IMG/VR virus record: IMGVR_UViG_3300044267_003392
DNA length: 64,000 nucleotides
Strand: one strand, 5' to 3'
Origin: an uncultured virus (IMG/VR IMGVR_UViG_3300044267_003392)
Taxonomy: Duplodnaviria; Heunggongvirae; Uroviricota; Caudoviricetes
The position numbers were made by a program, and so were the translations under genes. The notes beneath the pieces were generated by a model. That model saw only the letters and a list, made by a program, of their open reading frames with translations, made no database searches and was not told the origin of the DNA. Positions 30,411 through 38,539 of the stretch are shown in pieces; position 1 is the first letter of the stretch, and each line of letters starts with the position of its first letter.

Positions 30411-31304
30411 TTATTCGTATACGTTTCTGCTCATGCAAACATGATGTACGTTTACTGCTTCTGCAGCAGCCGCACCAGCTTCAATACCAACATATGGAAT
30501 GAAATCCACATCGTTAGTTAAAGCTGCAGTTTTAGTAGCTGCAACACCTGGTTGTACTGCTGTAGCAGCTGTACCACCAGTTGATCCTGCTGTATTAGCA
30601 ACATTGTACTGTACACCATTTATAAAAATAGTAGCTTTTCTGTCGCTATCTATTTCAATTTTTAAATGATATGGTGTATTTGCTGCAACAGTCACTGGTA
30701 ACGCAGTGATATAATCAGTGCCACCAATACTGTGAACAAAATGCCAAACAGAAAAATCACTAAATGCTTCTGAGTTAGTAGCATCAGTTTGATATTTAAA
30801 ATATGCTTGATCATCATCAGTTGCAATTAATTGATCATTAGTTAATTTTAATCCTGCCCAAACCTTTTGGTTATCAAGTGCAGGTAACATAATTGATGTT
30901 TCAAAATGAACTGAATTTTCTGTTCCCCATTGACAACCTGCCCACGCTGTCGCTGCAGTATCTAAGTGAGGTGTAATGATTGCTTGGTCTTGGTCTGCAC
31001 CTGCTGTTGTTGCTAAAATTCCTGCTGAAGTTGAAGCAAATGTAACTAGTGCAGTAGTTACGTTAGTTCCAAGTGCTTCCCAGTTTCTATTCAAAGCTCT
31101 TTGAACTTCAACTGTTGATACTTGGTCAATGTTTGCATTTAAACCTGGTCTTTGTAAAAACCATTCTTCTAAATAAAATCTTCTAGCGTCCATTGCTGGA
31201 TCACTTATAGTTCTATCATGTTCAACACCTGTTGAAGCAGTAGTACTATATAATTTATAGTTATTTTTGGATCTTACCGGACCCACAAAGCTAGTATTAG
31301 CCAT
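30411..31304 (-). CDS. Capsid-associated (decoration/fibre) protein
   Basis: Start reassigned to MANTSFVGPVRS behind GAGGAG. Lectin-like beta-rich body, directly downstream of the major capsid gene. Confidence 0.55.
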   Translation of the reverse strand: MANTSFVGPVRSKNNYKLYSTTASTGVEHDRTISDPAMDARRFYLEEWFLQRPGLNANIDQVSTVEVQRALNRNWEALGTNVTTALVTFASTSAGILATTAGADQDQAIITPHLDTAATAWAGCQWGTENSVHFETSIMLPALDNQKVWAGLKLTNDQLIATDDDQAYFKYQTDATNSEAFSDFSVWHFVHSIGGTDYITALPVTVAANTPYHLKIEIDSDRKATIFINGVQYNVANTAGSTGGTAATAVQPGVAATKTAALTNDVDFIPYVGIEAGAAAAEAVNVHHVCMSRNVYE

Positions 31305-31315
31305 AATATTCTCCT

Positions 31316-31375
31316 CGGTCATATAGACCAATCGTCATACAGTCTCTATATCGTCTGCCTAGTCAGTCTGTATAA
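31316..31375 (-). promoter_or_regulatory. Structured intergenic RNA element between capsid gene and next RBS
   Basis: TTATACAG/CTGTATGA stem enclosing a CTG-ACTAGG-CAG hairpin, then a GGTC-TATAT-GACC hairpin abutting GAGGAG. Confidence 0.45.
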
Positions 31376-31391
31376 CTTGTTATACTAGGTA

Positions 31392-31418
31392 TAGTGGGGC
31401 ACATAATGCGCCCCACTA
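31392..31418 (-). terminator. 12-bp hairpin after the major capsid stop, lacking a U-tract
   Basis: TAGTGGGGCGCA-TTA-TGTGCCCCACTA (one G-U pair on the minus strand). Confidence 0.55.
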
Positions 31419-31424
31419 AAAGAT

Positions 31425-32330
31425 TTACGCTCCTGGTGATCCGAAGATACCTCTCCAGTCAGAGAACCCAAACGAGTATCTCTCTCTAGCTTTGTATCTA
31501 ACGTTACCAGTATCGAAGTCACCTTCCATCGCAGTTCTAATAGGAGCTCTAGTGAACATCTTAAGTCCATTAGGAGCATCTGTTTTGATAAAGAACGCAT
31601 CAGTATCAGTTAGGAAGTTGTTAACCACATATCCTTGTGGCACCATTCCCATTGATTTGATAGCGTTTAAGTCATTATCAGCAGTTCCTACTCTACCTGC
31701 AGATTTCATTAACCTTTCAGCAGTAAATTGAAGGTTTACAGGAATGATCATTTTCATACCTCTAAGAGCAATTTTCATTCCTCTTTCATCCTTCATACCA
31801 GCAATATCAATTAACATCTGCTCAAGCGAAGTTTCGTTTAAGTCAGCTGAAGTTGATAGCTCGTTCTTTTGGTCTCCACTAAGTGTAGGGTGATCAGTAG
31901 CACAAAGCTCCTTATCATCGCCACCAAGAAAAGAACTGTTGAACGCTCTGTTAAGAACGTTAGCAGCTTTAATCTGTTTAGTGTTAGCCATTGAACGTGC
32001 CAATGCTTTTGTGTATCTAGTGCTGATTTTGTCGTAAAGGTTATCCTCTACGGCTTCTTCAGTTAATGAGAAAGCCAAAGCAATGGTTTCGTGAGTATAG
32101 CGTGCAGTGAAAGTTTCTTGTGCTGCTTCATACACAACACCAGAACCTTCTGGTTTTACCTCTGCATTGCCAAACCCACCTAGCATTACTTCTTCTTCAA
32201 ATGCACGATCAGAATTCTCTGAATCAAAGATTTCTGTGTGCTGGTTTTCGTATCGGTCGTATTCTAATCCGAACAGAGCATTCAAGCCAGGCTCGAGCTC
32301 TTTGACCAATTGCATTCTTGAAATTGCCAT
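31425..32330 (-). CDS. Major capsid protein
   Basis: MAISRMQLVKELEPGLNALFGLEY...SDRAFEEEV...GDFDTGNVRYKARERYSFG pattern, follows scaffold, strongly biased codons, GGAG RBS. Confidence 0.85.
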   Translation of the reverse strand: MAISRMQLVKELEPGLNALFGLEYDRYENQHTEIFDSENSDRAFEEEVMLGGFGNAEVKPEGSGVVYEAAQETFTARYTHETIALAFSLTEEAVEDNLYDKISTRYTKALARSMANTKQIKAANVLNRAFNSSFLGGDDKELCATDHPTLSGDQKNELSTSADLNETSLEQMLIDIAGMKDERGMKIALRGMKMIIPVNLQFTAERLMKSAGRVGTADNDLNAIKSMGMVPQGYVVNNFLTDTDAFFIKTDAPNGLKMFTRAPIRTAMEGDFDTGNVRYKARERYSFGFSDWRGIFGSPGA

Positions 32331-32348
32331 TTATCTCTCCTCTAACTA

Positions 32349-32948
32349 TTATGTACCGGTGATACCAGTGCCCAATTTAACGTGTTCATTAAACATAATG
32401 TACCAGTTAGCATTTGCACTTGAAGCATCATCGTTCTCTGGATCTTTTGTAATCCCAATAATTTTGACCTGTAGTCCAGCAGTAGTTGCTTCTGTACCAT
32501 CATCAATTTCATTTTTTGATTGTCCAGTTACAGTACTACCAGTTGTTAATACTGAATCAGTATTTTTACCAATATCAGTTTTAGCAATAGTGCCATCACA
32601 TTGAGCTTCGAAAAGCATATACGGATCGTCATAGATATACGCGTCTATATTAGTTGAGCCAGATATGGAACCAGCACTGGTTACATTAGTCTGACTGTAG
32701 TAATTTGACCATGTAGGTTTTTTACTTACTGGATCAATGTAGAAGCAACCGTTAAAAACACCTAGGTTCGTAGCGCCGGAAGCTGTTCCAGCAATTACAT
32801 ACCCACCAGACTGCATTACGTGATCACCTTTAAAAATAGATGTACTGTAATTGTCTTCGATGGTGTACATAGTCGTACCCATGTTTTGAACGCCACTACC
32901 AACTTTCCCAATAGGTCTGTACCCAAAGGCCGCGTCAATATTAGCCAT
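32349..32948 (-). CDS. Minor capsid / capsid cement protein
   Basis: Start reassigned to MANIDAAFG (GAGGA RBS). IFKGD.V, GVFNGC.Y.D and DDP..FEAQ motifs. Confidence 0.6.
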   Translation of the reverse strand: MANIDAAFGYRPIGKVGSGVQNMGTTMYTIEDNYSTSIFKGDHVMQSGGYVIAGTASGATNLGVFNGCFYIDPVSKKPTWSNYYSQTNVTSAGSISGSTNIDAYIYDDPYMLFEAQCDGTIAKTDIGKNTDSVLTTGSTVTGQSKNEIDDGTEATTAGLQVKIIGITKDPENDDASSANANWYIMFNEHVKLGTGITGT

Positions 32949-32969
32949 GATTTTATCCTCATAGTAATT

Positions 32970-33008
32970 GTTACAACACACTCACCATGAATGTGCTATG
33001 TTTGTAAC
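32970..33008 (-). promoter_or_regulatory. Long imperfect hairpin in the leader of the capsid genes
   Basis: GTTACAA..CACATTCA-TGG-TGAGTGTG.TTGTAAC on the minus strand. Confidence 0.45.
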
Positions 33009-33023
33009 TTAAGGGGAAAAAAA

Positions 33024-33497
33024 CTAGTTGTCTTTTTTACCGCCACCAAAGGTTACGCGAGAACGCCTGCTTTCATTATGTACAGGCATGCTAGGATGTT
33101 GGTCCTTGAGTGGATCGTTTGCAACAGCATCGTCTTTATCTTGCGCAACTTGTGCAAAATACTTTCTTCGCTGCTCAACAATTTCCTCAGGAATTCTTGC
33201 TAGCATCAAACCTCCGACAGCTATAACACCTTCGTATTTACCTGATTCCATTTGTGGCCATTCAGTGTCTGGGTATTCATCAGCTCTGACAAATTCCCAT
33301 CCTTCACGCATTCTAGCGGATACATTTTTTGAATCCATCTGTCCTATCGTTTCGGCCCTTATCCAACGGTGTTTAAAACCGTTAGGTGCAGGTGGTGCAT
33401 CTAACTGTGATGGTGGAGCCCATTCTTTCCTTCGTTCGGTTTTAACTCGGGTTTCAGACTCGCGTGATGGTAGTTTATTATTTTTATTTGTATTCAT
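33024..33497 (-). CDS. Conserved head-module protein
   Basis: W.PPSQLDAP.AP.G..HRWIR...REGWE.VR...GGL.LARIP. Confidence 0.65.
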   Translation of the reverse strand: MNTNKNNKLPSRESETRVKTERRKEWAPPSQLDAPPAPNGFKHRWIRAETIGQMDSKNVSARMREGWEFVRADEYPDTEWPQMESGKYEGVIAVGGLMLARIPEEIVEQRRKYFAQVAQDKDDAVANDPLKDQHPSMPVHNESRRSRVTFGGGKKDN

Positions 33498-33501
33498 ATG
33501 C

Positions 33502-34443
33502 CTACTCCTTCACGTACTTCGCATATTCGCTTAGTGGCACACCTAATTTTTTTGCTATGGCTACCTGTGAGGGTGTGAGTCTTACAGAACCTTTACGCGC
33601 CTTTGCTGGTGCTGCACCTCTATTAGCGGATGCAACTGTTTGCGAAGGCGAAACTTGTTGTTCAAATTTATGAGGAAAAGTATCCCTCATTCTTTTGTCT
33701 ACTTCACTATAGTATGAATCTGACTGTGGGTCAAATCCTTCTTCCATTAGTTTACGATGAATTGAGAAAGATGTCAAGGTCATTGGTTCATCTGAACCAA
33801 ACCAAGTGTTCTTTTCAGCCCATTCTGTTGCTTTTGGGTCAGGTTGACGAGGTGGTGCAGGTTGCCTAGGCATTGGTTGCTGAGGCATTTGCGGTTGATT
33901 TGGATCAACCCCTTGAGCTTGCATCTCCTGTTGTAGTCTTTCTCTTTGTGCTTTATGTGATGCTGCACGTTCTTCTTCTATGGATAATCTACTAAGTTTA
34001 GCTTGTGCTTCTACTTGTTTATCCACATCACCTAAATCCATAGCTTGTTTAAGCTCGTTTTTAGTTTCAGTTATTTGTGCTGCTACACGATCTCCAAATT
34101 CTGTAACATAACCAGAATCTAATTGATTAGCACGTTGTGCTTGTGTCTGTGCTTCTTTTTGTACACCTTGTGCATATTGCACAGCTGCTTGTTCACGTCT
34201 TTCAGCTTCTCTTAATCTTTTTGTTAATTTGTCGATTCTTGATTGAACCTTATTACCGTAGTCATCCATTTCTTCTGAGGATGCAGTCTTGACTTCTGTC
34301 TCAACAACTGGGGTATCCTCATCAGGATTTATAGTCTTTTTAGTGTCTGAGATTTCTACTTCAACAGGTGAACCAGAATCAGGTAAGTCTACCATCTTTT
34401 CTTCTACTTCAGCTTGTGTCTGTATTTTAGTTTCTGCAGGCAT
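33502..34443 (-). CDS. Capsid scaffolding protein
   Basis: Acidic N-terminus, long coiled coil, PDPKA..WA.KN.WFG, C-terminal LTPSQVAIAKKLGVPL.EYAKY. Located upstream of the capsid genes. Confidence 0.7.
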   Translation of the reverse strand: MPAETKIQTQAEVEEKMVDLPDSGSPVEVEISDTKKTINPDEDTPVVETEVKTASSEEMDDYGNKVQSRIDKLTKRLREAERREQAAVQYAQGVQKEAQTQAQRANQLDSGYVTEFGDRVAAQITETKNELKQAMDLGDVDKQVEAQAKLSRLSIEEERAASHKAQRERLQQEMQAQGVDPNQPQMPQQPMPRQPAPPRQPDPKATEWAEKNTWFGSDEPMTLTSFSIHRKLMEEGFDPQSDSYYSEVDKRMRDTFPHKFEQQVSPSQTVASANRGAAPAKARKGSVRLTPSQVAIAKKLGVPLSEYAKYVKE

Positions 34444-34456
34444 AATTTACTCCTGT

Positions 34457-34960
34457 TTATTTATATTGCAAGATATCCTCTGGGTCTTTTACCACAGCAA
34501 TTATCTCGTCCTCGTTTAATATTCTCACTTCACCACCTTCTATACCAAAACGTGATCCGGCATAACGACCAAATATAATCCAGTCATTTTTTTTACACCA
34601 AGGTCCGTTTGGATATCTCGTTTCATCTTTATAAGCATCAGGTCCAACTTTTAAAACTAAACCTGTTACTGTCGTGTAACCTCTCTCTTCAATTGTTTCA
34701 TCTGCTAATATTACACCACCTTTAGTTTTACCTTGTCCTTTGTACGGAAGAACTAATATTCTCCATCCAGTTGGATCTGGTAAACGTTCTAATACTTTAT
34801 CTGTAGGTAAATGCTTTATATCTTTTGTAGCGTCTTCTTGTATTTTTTTAAGAAACCTGTTTTCTTTTTCTTCAGCTTTCTGATTGTTTTCATCAGCTTC
34901 TACAGCTAAATCTTTTTCTTCTAAAGCAAATCGTCTTTTAGGCAACTCTTTTTCAGTCAT
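34457..34960 (-). CDS. groES: GroES/Cpn10 co-chaperonin with N-terminal extension
   Basis: PTGWRILV...KTKGGVIL (mobile loop)...G.VLKVG...YAG...ILNEDEIIAVV. Start reassigned to MTEKELP. Confidence 0.85.
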   Translation of the reverse strand: MTEKELPKRRFALEEKDLAVEADENNQKAEEKENRFLKKIQEDATKDIKHLPTDKVLERLPDPTGWRILVLPYKGQGKTKGGVILADETIEERGYTTVTGLVLKVGPDAYKDETRYPNGPWCKKNDWIIFGRYAGSRFGIEGGEVRILNEDEIIAVVKDPEDILQYK

Positions 34961-35144
34961 TTTCTTCCTCATCTTTCTGCAGGTCTTGTACTTCCTGTTC
35001 AATTATAGTGTAAGCTTTGTGTTCACCAACAGCTTTCATGTATTCATCAAAGCTCGGTAAACCCGTTGCTATCACTTCTTTTAGTTCTTCTTTGCGCGAT
35101 CTAATCTTTTTCAAGACGAGATAAATCGCGGTTTCATCTCTCAT
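34953..35144 (-). CDS. Small helical hypothetical protein
   Basis: 63 aa, overlaps the groES start. Confidence 0.6.
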   Translation of the reverse strand: MRDETAIYLVLKKIRSRKEELKEVIATGLPSFDEYMKAVGEHKAYTIIEQEVQDLQKDEEEND

Positions 35145-35160
35145 TAAAAAAGTCTATATA

Positions 35161-35403
35161 TTAACAATCCCATTTACGCAAGGCTTTATTTATCCTAGAG
35201 TTAGGATCTCTCTTTGTTTTTGCCCCTGTTAATTTTTTCTTCATGCCACCCATACGTGCACAAAAAGATTTACGTCTACCACTTGTTTTAGATTTAGTAG
35301 GCGCTTTTAACGTGCCACCTTTATAGCTAGCACGTCCTTTTTTATTTAAACCACCTGACGGGCTTTTCCCTGCTTTACGTTGCCATGCTGCTGTTTTAGG
35401 CAT
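35161..35403 (-). CDS. Small basic protein (GGLN.KGR and RRKSFCARM motifs)
   Basis: 80 aa, Lys/Arg-rich, ends KALRKWDC. Confidence 0.65.
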   Translation of the reverse strand: MPKTAAWQRKAGKSPSGGLNKKGRASYKGGTLKAPTKSKTSGRRKSFCARMGGMKKKLTGAKTKRDPNSRINKALRKWDC

Positions 35404-35518
35404 ACTTAGTTTTTTTCCTTTTATTTTCTAAAACCATTCCACAACCTTTTGCTATGCCTTTTGGATTTTTATCTGATTTGGCTTTTCTTTGTTGTGATAT
35501 TGATTTCTTTTTAGCCAC
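35396..35518 (-). CDS. 40-aa basic peptide (not in ORF track)
   Basis: GTG start: MAKKKSISQQRKAKSDKNPKGIAKGCGMVLENKRKKTKYA*. Fills the gap with 8-nt overlaps on both sides. Confidence 0.55.
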   Translation of the reverse strand: MAKKKSISQQRKAKSDKNPKGIAKGCGMVLENKRKKTKYA

Positions 35519-35843
35519 GTTTTTTAGCTGGTTTTTTTGCTGTTTTAGCAGATTGCTTTAACGCTTTATCTGTAACAGTGCCTTTACCAGGTCTGCTCGT
35601 ACCTCTTTTTTTAGCGCGGTTCATGTAATAATATAAACCTTTTTTAACAGTACGACCGTCTTTTGTTACGTGTGTATCTTTTTTAGCAGATCCACCTTTG
35701 GCCATTTTCTTTTTACCTTTTGTTGCACCAGCAATTCTGTCTGCTGCTGTAGGCTTAGGGTTATTGTCAATACCTGCTTTTACAGAAAGCATTCCAAAAC
35801 TAGATTTTTTTCCGTTTTTCTTTTTCATTGTTTTTTTCATCAT
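35511..35843 (-). CDS. Lys-rich basic protein (MAKGG motif)
   Basis: 110 aa, ATGA coupling. Confidence 0.6.
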   Translation of the reverse strand: MMKKTMKKKNGKKSSFGMLSVKAGIDNNPKPTAADRIAGATKGKKKMAKGGSAKKDTHVTKDGRTVKKGLYYYMNRAKKRGTSRPGKGTVTDKALKQSAKTAKKPAKKRG

Positions 35844-36274
35844 TTTTTAACTAAGCTTCCTCCGAAATATAGTCCAATAATTGACGCCATTAAATGCGTA
35901 TCCATTGGTGTTATCACAACACCTGCGTACTGTCTGTCCACAAGCATTTCTTTCTGTTCAATTAAAAACAGAAAACCTCTACTAAACTCTGTCCATGTCA
36001 AAAATACTGCCGTGTCAAAAAACACTGGTACTATTTTTGGCCACACTATTATAAAGAAAACTGCAGTAAGTGCAATAATTCTTCTTGTAAATTGAAAACC
36101 TTTATTCTCGTATGTGCGAGCTTCACTAATGTGTTTCATTTGGTTATTAGCTCTTGCTAATAACATCTTTTGTTCATCTTGTTTTGCTTTAATACTTTGT
36201 CCCCAGATAGTCATAAAACCACCTAGTACACTAGATCCAAGCATTGTAATCATTTCTACTGGTAATCCAAACAT
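35840..36274 (-). CDS. Putative holin (three hydrophobic segments)
   Basis: TM segments around a short coiled coil, TRRIIAL, C-terminal IIGLYFGGSLVKK. Layout like 3TM holins. Confidence 0.5.
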   Translation of the reverse strand: MFGLPVEMITMLGSSVLGGFMTIWGQSIKAKQDEQKMLLARANNQMKHISEARTYENKGFQFTRRIIALTAVFFIIVWPKIVPVFFDTAVFLTWTEFSRGFLFLIEQKEMLVDRQYAGVVITPMDTHLMASIIGLYFGGSLVKK

Positions 36275-36275
36275 A

Positions 36276-36941
36276 TTAATTCTCCACTAAACTAACTATA
36301 CCACCTTTGGCAAATGGTTTTCCACCTGACAAAAATGCTTGGTTAACTTGTTCTTGTAAACTTCCTGGCCCTATTCTTGCTCTTTGACGAACTTGTCCTT
36401 GTGGTCCCATGTTGTAGGAAAAACCTCCACCACCTTGGCCACCGCCGCCACCACCGTAACGATATCCATAACCACCACCGCCGCCTCTACCAAAACCGCT
36501 GTAAGGGTCATAAATACCACGATCCACGAAGCCTTCTACTAACTGACCATTTTCATATAAAGCTCCTGGTCCTGCTATATATTGAAAACCTGTAGGAGAA
36601 TAACCTTGCGTGCCTGGAAGGTAAGTGCTGTAGTAAACATCAGGAACATTAGTATAAAACATTGCACCACTAGATCCAAGTCCTACACCTCCTCCTGCTA
36701 CTCCATACTGTTGATTGTAATCTTTTAAAGATGCAGCGTATTGTTCTTGCGGATTACTATATCCACCGTAAGCAGGTTCGTTGTAAGGAACATAAGCTTC
36801 TTGTTCACCACCACCGTAACTGCCTCCACCATATGGATTGCTTTGAGGTGCAGGTGTTCCATAATTAGAAGATGCTTGAGTATTAGTACCACCTGAAGTG
36901 GCCTCCATGTACTTACCAAAATCTTTTCCTCCGCCTGGCAT
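36276..36941 (-). CDS. Gly/Tyr-rich low-complexity protein ending FAKGGIVSL
   Basis: 221-aa ORF, TAATG coupling. Confidence 0.55.
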   Translation of the reverse strand: MPGGGKDFGKYMEATSGGTNTQASSNYGTPAPQSNPYGGGSYGGGEQEAYVPYNEPAYGGYSNPQEQYAASLKDYNQQYGVAGGGVGLGSSGAMFYTNVPDVYYSTYLPGTQGYSPTGFQYIAGPGALYENGQLVEGFVDRGIYDPYSGFGRGGGGGYGYRYGGGGGGQGGGGFSYNMGPQGQVRQRARIGPGSLQEQVNQAFLSGGKPFAKGGIVSLVEN

Positions 36942-37981
36942 TATCTTAAATTTATCCTACTTGGTTCTTGTTGTATTTTTTGATTGTTAATAAAATCTAA
37001 TAATTGTTGAAGTTTAAGTGAATCTCTTCTGCCTTTTCTTTCAGCATCATAATCATATCCGTATCTTGGTAAATCTCCTCTACCTCTACCTTCTTGGTAT
37101 ACAATTTCAGGACCATATTCAGGGTATGGTATTAAACCAGGATATAAAGGTCCTGCTACGTCTGCCATTGTCGGTCTACGATTAGGATCGTCTCTTGGTC
37201 CAATAAAATTAGTTGAGTATTGACTCATAATGCCTGCTTCTCTGTTAGAGTCATCAAACGGCATTGGTCTTTTTGATGCTAAAACTATATTACCATCTCT
37301 ATCTTTTTCATAAAAAGCACCAAAGTCATCTTCTACATAATTATCTTCTGGCATATAAGGTTGATCTGGGTCTGTATCAAAATCTAACCCTTCCCCTCTG
37401 TCATAATAAATTTCTCCCGTGTGAATATTAGGTAATACTGTAGATTTTCCTGGACCTTCGATAACTGGTGTTGAACCAGGATGTCTATCCATAGGTGCAC
37501 CCATACCAAAAGTCTGTGCTGCATAGTCTTGCATCTCTGCTTCGTCTGCATCAGCAGCTCCTGTTATACCTACTTTATTAGACATATCTTTTCCAAAGTC
37601 AGAAACTTTATTAAACATTTCTTTTGCCGCCATGCCAAGTAACCCTCCAGCCTCACCATATTTCATGGCAAAATCTTGAATAGGGTACATTGTTGCGTAA
37701 GCATTGGGTGCAGCGTTTCTAAGCATATTACTTTGATTAGAAAATTGTCGTTGTACGTCCAAAGGTGCCATACCTTGACGTTCACCTATTTTGTATTTAT
37801 CAAAACGATTGTATTGTCTTCTTACATCTTTAAGTTCGTCTAGGCGTGGATCGTTTTTTGCAAAGTTAGGTGCTTGCGATTGCAAGTTCATCATACGATT
37901 GTAATTCTGCATCTCCGGCCCCTGATTAAAAGGGGTCGGAGTGTTTTTACGTTTTAAATATTCTGACCTTTTGTCTATCAC
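36941..37981 (-). CDS. Hypothetical, probably virion-internal protein
   Basis: 346-aa ORF in the portal operon. Confidence 0.6.
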   Translation of the reverse strand: MIDKRSEYLKRKNTPTPFNQGPEMQNYNRMMNLQSQAPNFAKNDPRLDELKDVRRQYNRFDKYKIGERQGMAPLDVQRQFSNQSNMLRNAAPNAYATMYPIQDFAMKYGEAGGLLGMAAKEMFNKVSDFGKDMSNKVGITGAADADEAEMQDYAAQTFGMGAPMDRHPGSTPVIEGPGKSTVLPNIHTGEIYYDRGEGLDFDTDPDQPYMPEDNYVEDDFGAFYEKDRDGNIVLASKRPMPFDDSNREAGIMSQYSTNFIGPRDDPNRRPTMADVAGPLYPGLIPYPEYGPEIVYQEGRGRGDLPRYGYDYDAERKGRRDSLKLQQLLDFINNQKIQQEPSRINLR

Positions 37982-38100
37982 TAAATAGCTCCAATTATTA
38001 CTATGACAACTAATGCGACGATAGCCGCCTTAATCCAGTCCTTAAGTTTCCAGTCACTCCACTCTTTCAAATGAGCCCATAAATCTTTTAGTAACTTCAT
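37981..38100 (-). CDS. 39-aa single-TM peptide (not in ORF track)
   Basis: MKLLKDLWAHLKEWSDWKLKDWIKAAIVALVVIVIIGAI*, AGGAGG RBS. Confidence 0.65.
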   Translation of the reverse strand: MKLLKDLWAHLKEWSDWKLKDWIKAAIVALVVIVIIGAI

Positions 38101-38108
38101 ATTACCTC

Positions 38109-38264
38109 CTATTTGCCTTTTTTAAGGCCACCCTTACGGTAACCTTTTTTAACCTTTCCACCTTTCTTCATTGTCATTCTTTGACCTGTTGCACGTGCAT
38201 GCTTTGTTGCTTGCTGCGCACCAGCAGAAGTATAGGGAAATGATCTACTACCTACTTTTGGCAT
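38109..38264 (-). CDS. 51-aa basic peptide with MKKGG and YRKGG motifs (not in ORF track)
   Basis: MPKVGSRSFPYTSAGAQQATKHARATGQRMTMKKGGKVKKGYRKGGLKKGK*, AGGAGG RBS. Confidence 0.65.
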   Translation of the reverse strand: MPKVGSRSFPYTSAGAQQATKHARATGQRMTMKKGGKVKKGYRKGGLKKGK

Positions 38265-38272
38265 ATTACCTC

Positions 38273-38539
38273 CTAATGTATTGTTGGTTTTGGCATATCC
38301 TTAAAGAAATGCAAAACTTCTTGTTGGTAATCAAAACTTTCAGCAACAGCCACAAACATTTCTTTTGTCTGTTCTGTTCCTAAAGCTTTTTCATACATGT
38401 TTCTTGTTACAGCCATCAAAGCTCCACAAACCTGTAAATAATCTTCACTACATTTTATTTCGCTTTCTGCAGCTTCTTCTATTTTCAGCATTGCGTCCCT
38501 AAGCTTGGTTAGTAGTTTTTTTGTTTGTTCTGTTTCCAT
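38273..38539 (-). CDS. Hypothetical protein
   Basis: 88 aa, overlaps the portal 3' end. Confidence 0.6.
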   Translation of the reverse strand: METEQTKKLLTKLRDAMLKIEEAAESEIKCSEDYLQVCGALMAVTRNMYEKALGTEQTKEMFVAVAESFDYQQEVLHFFKDMPKPTIH

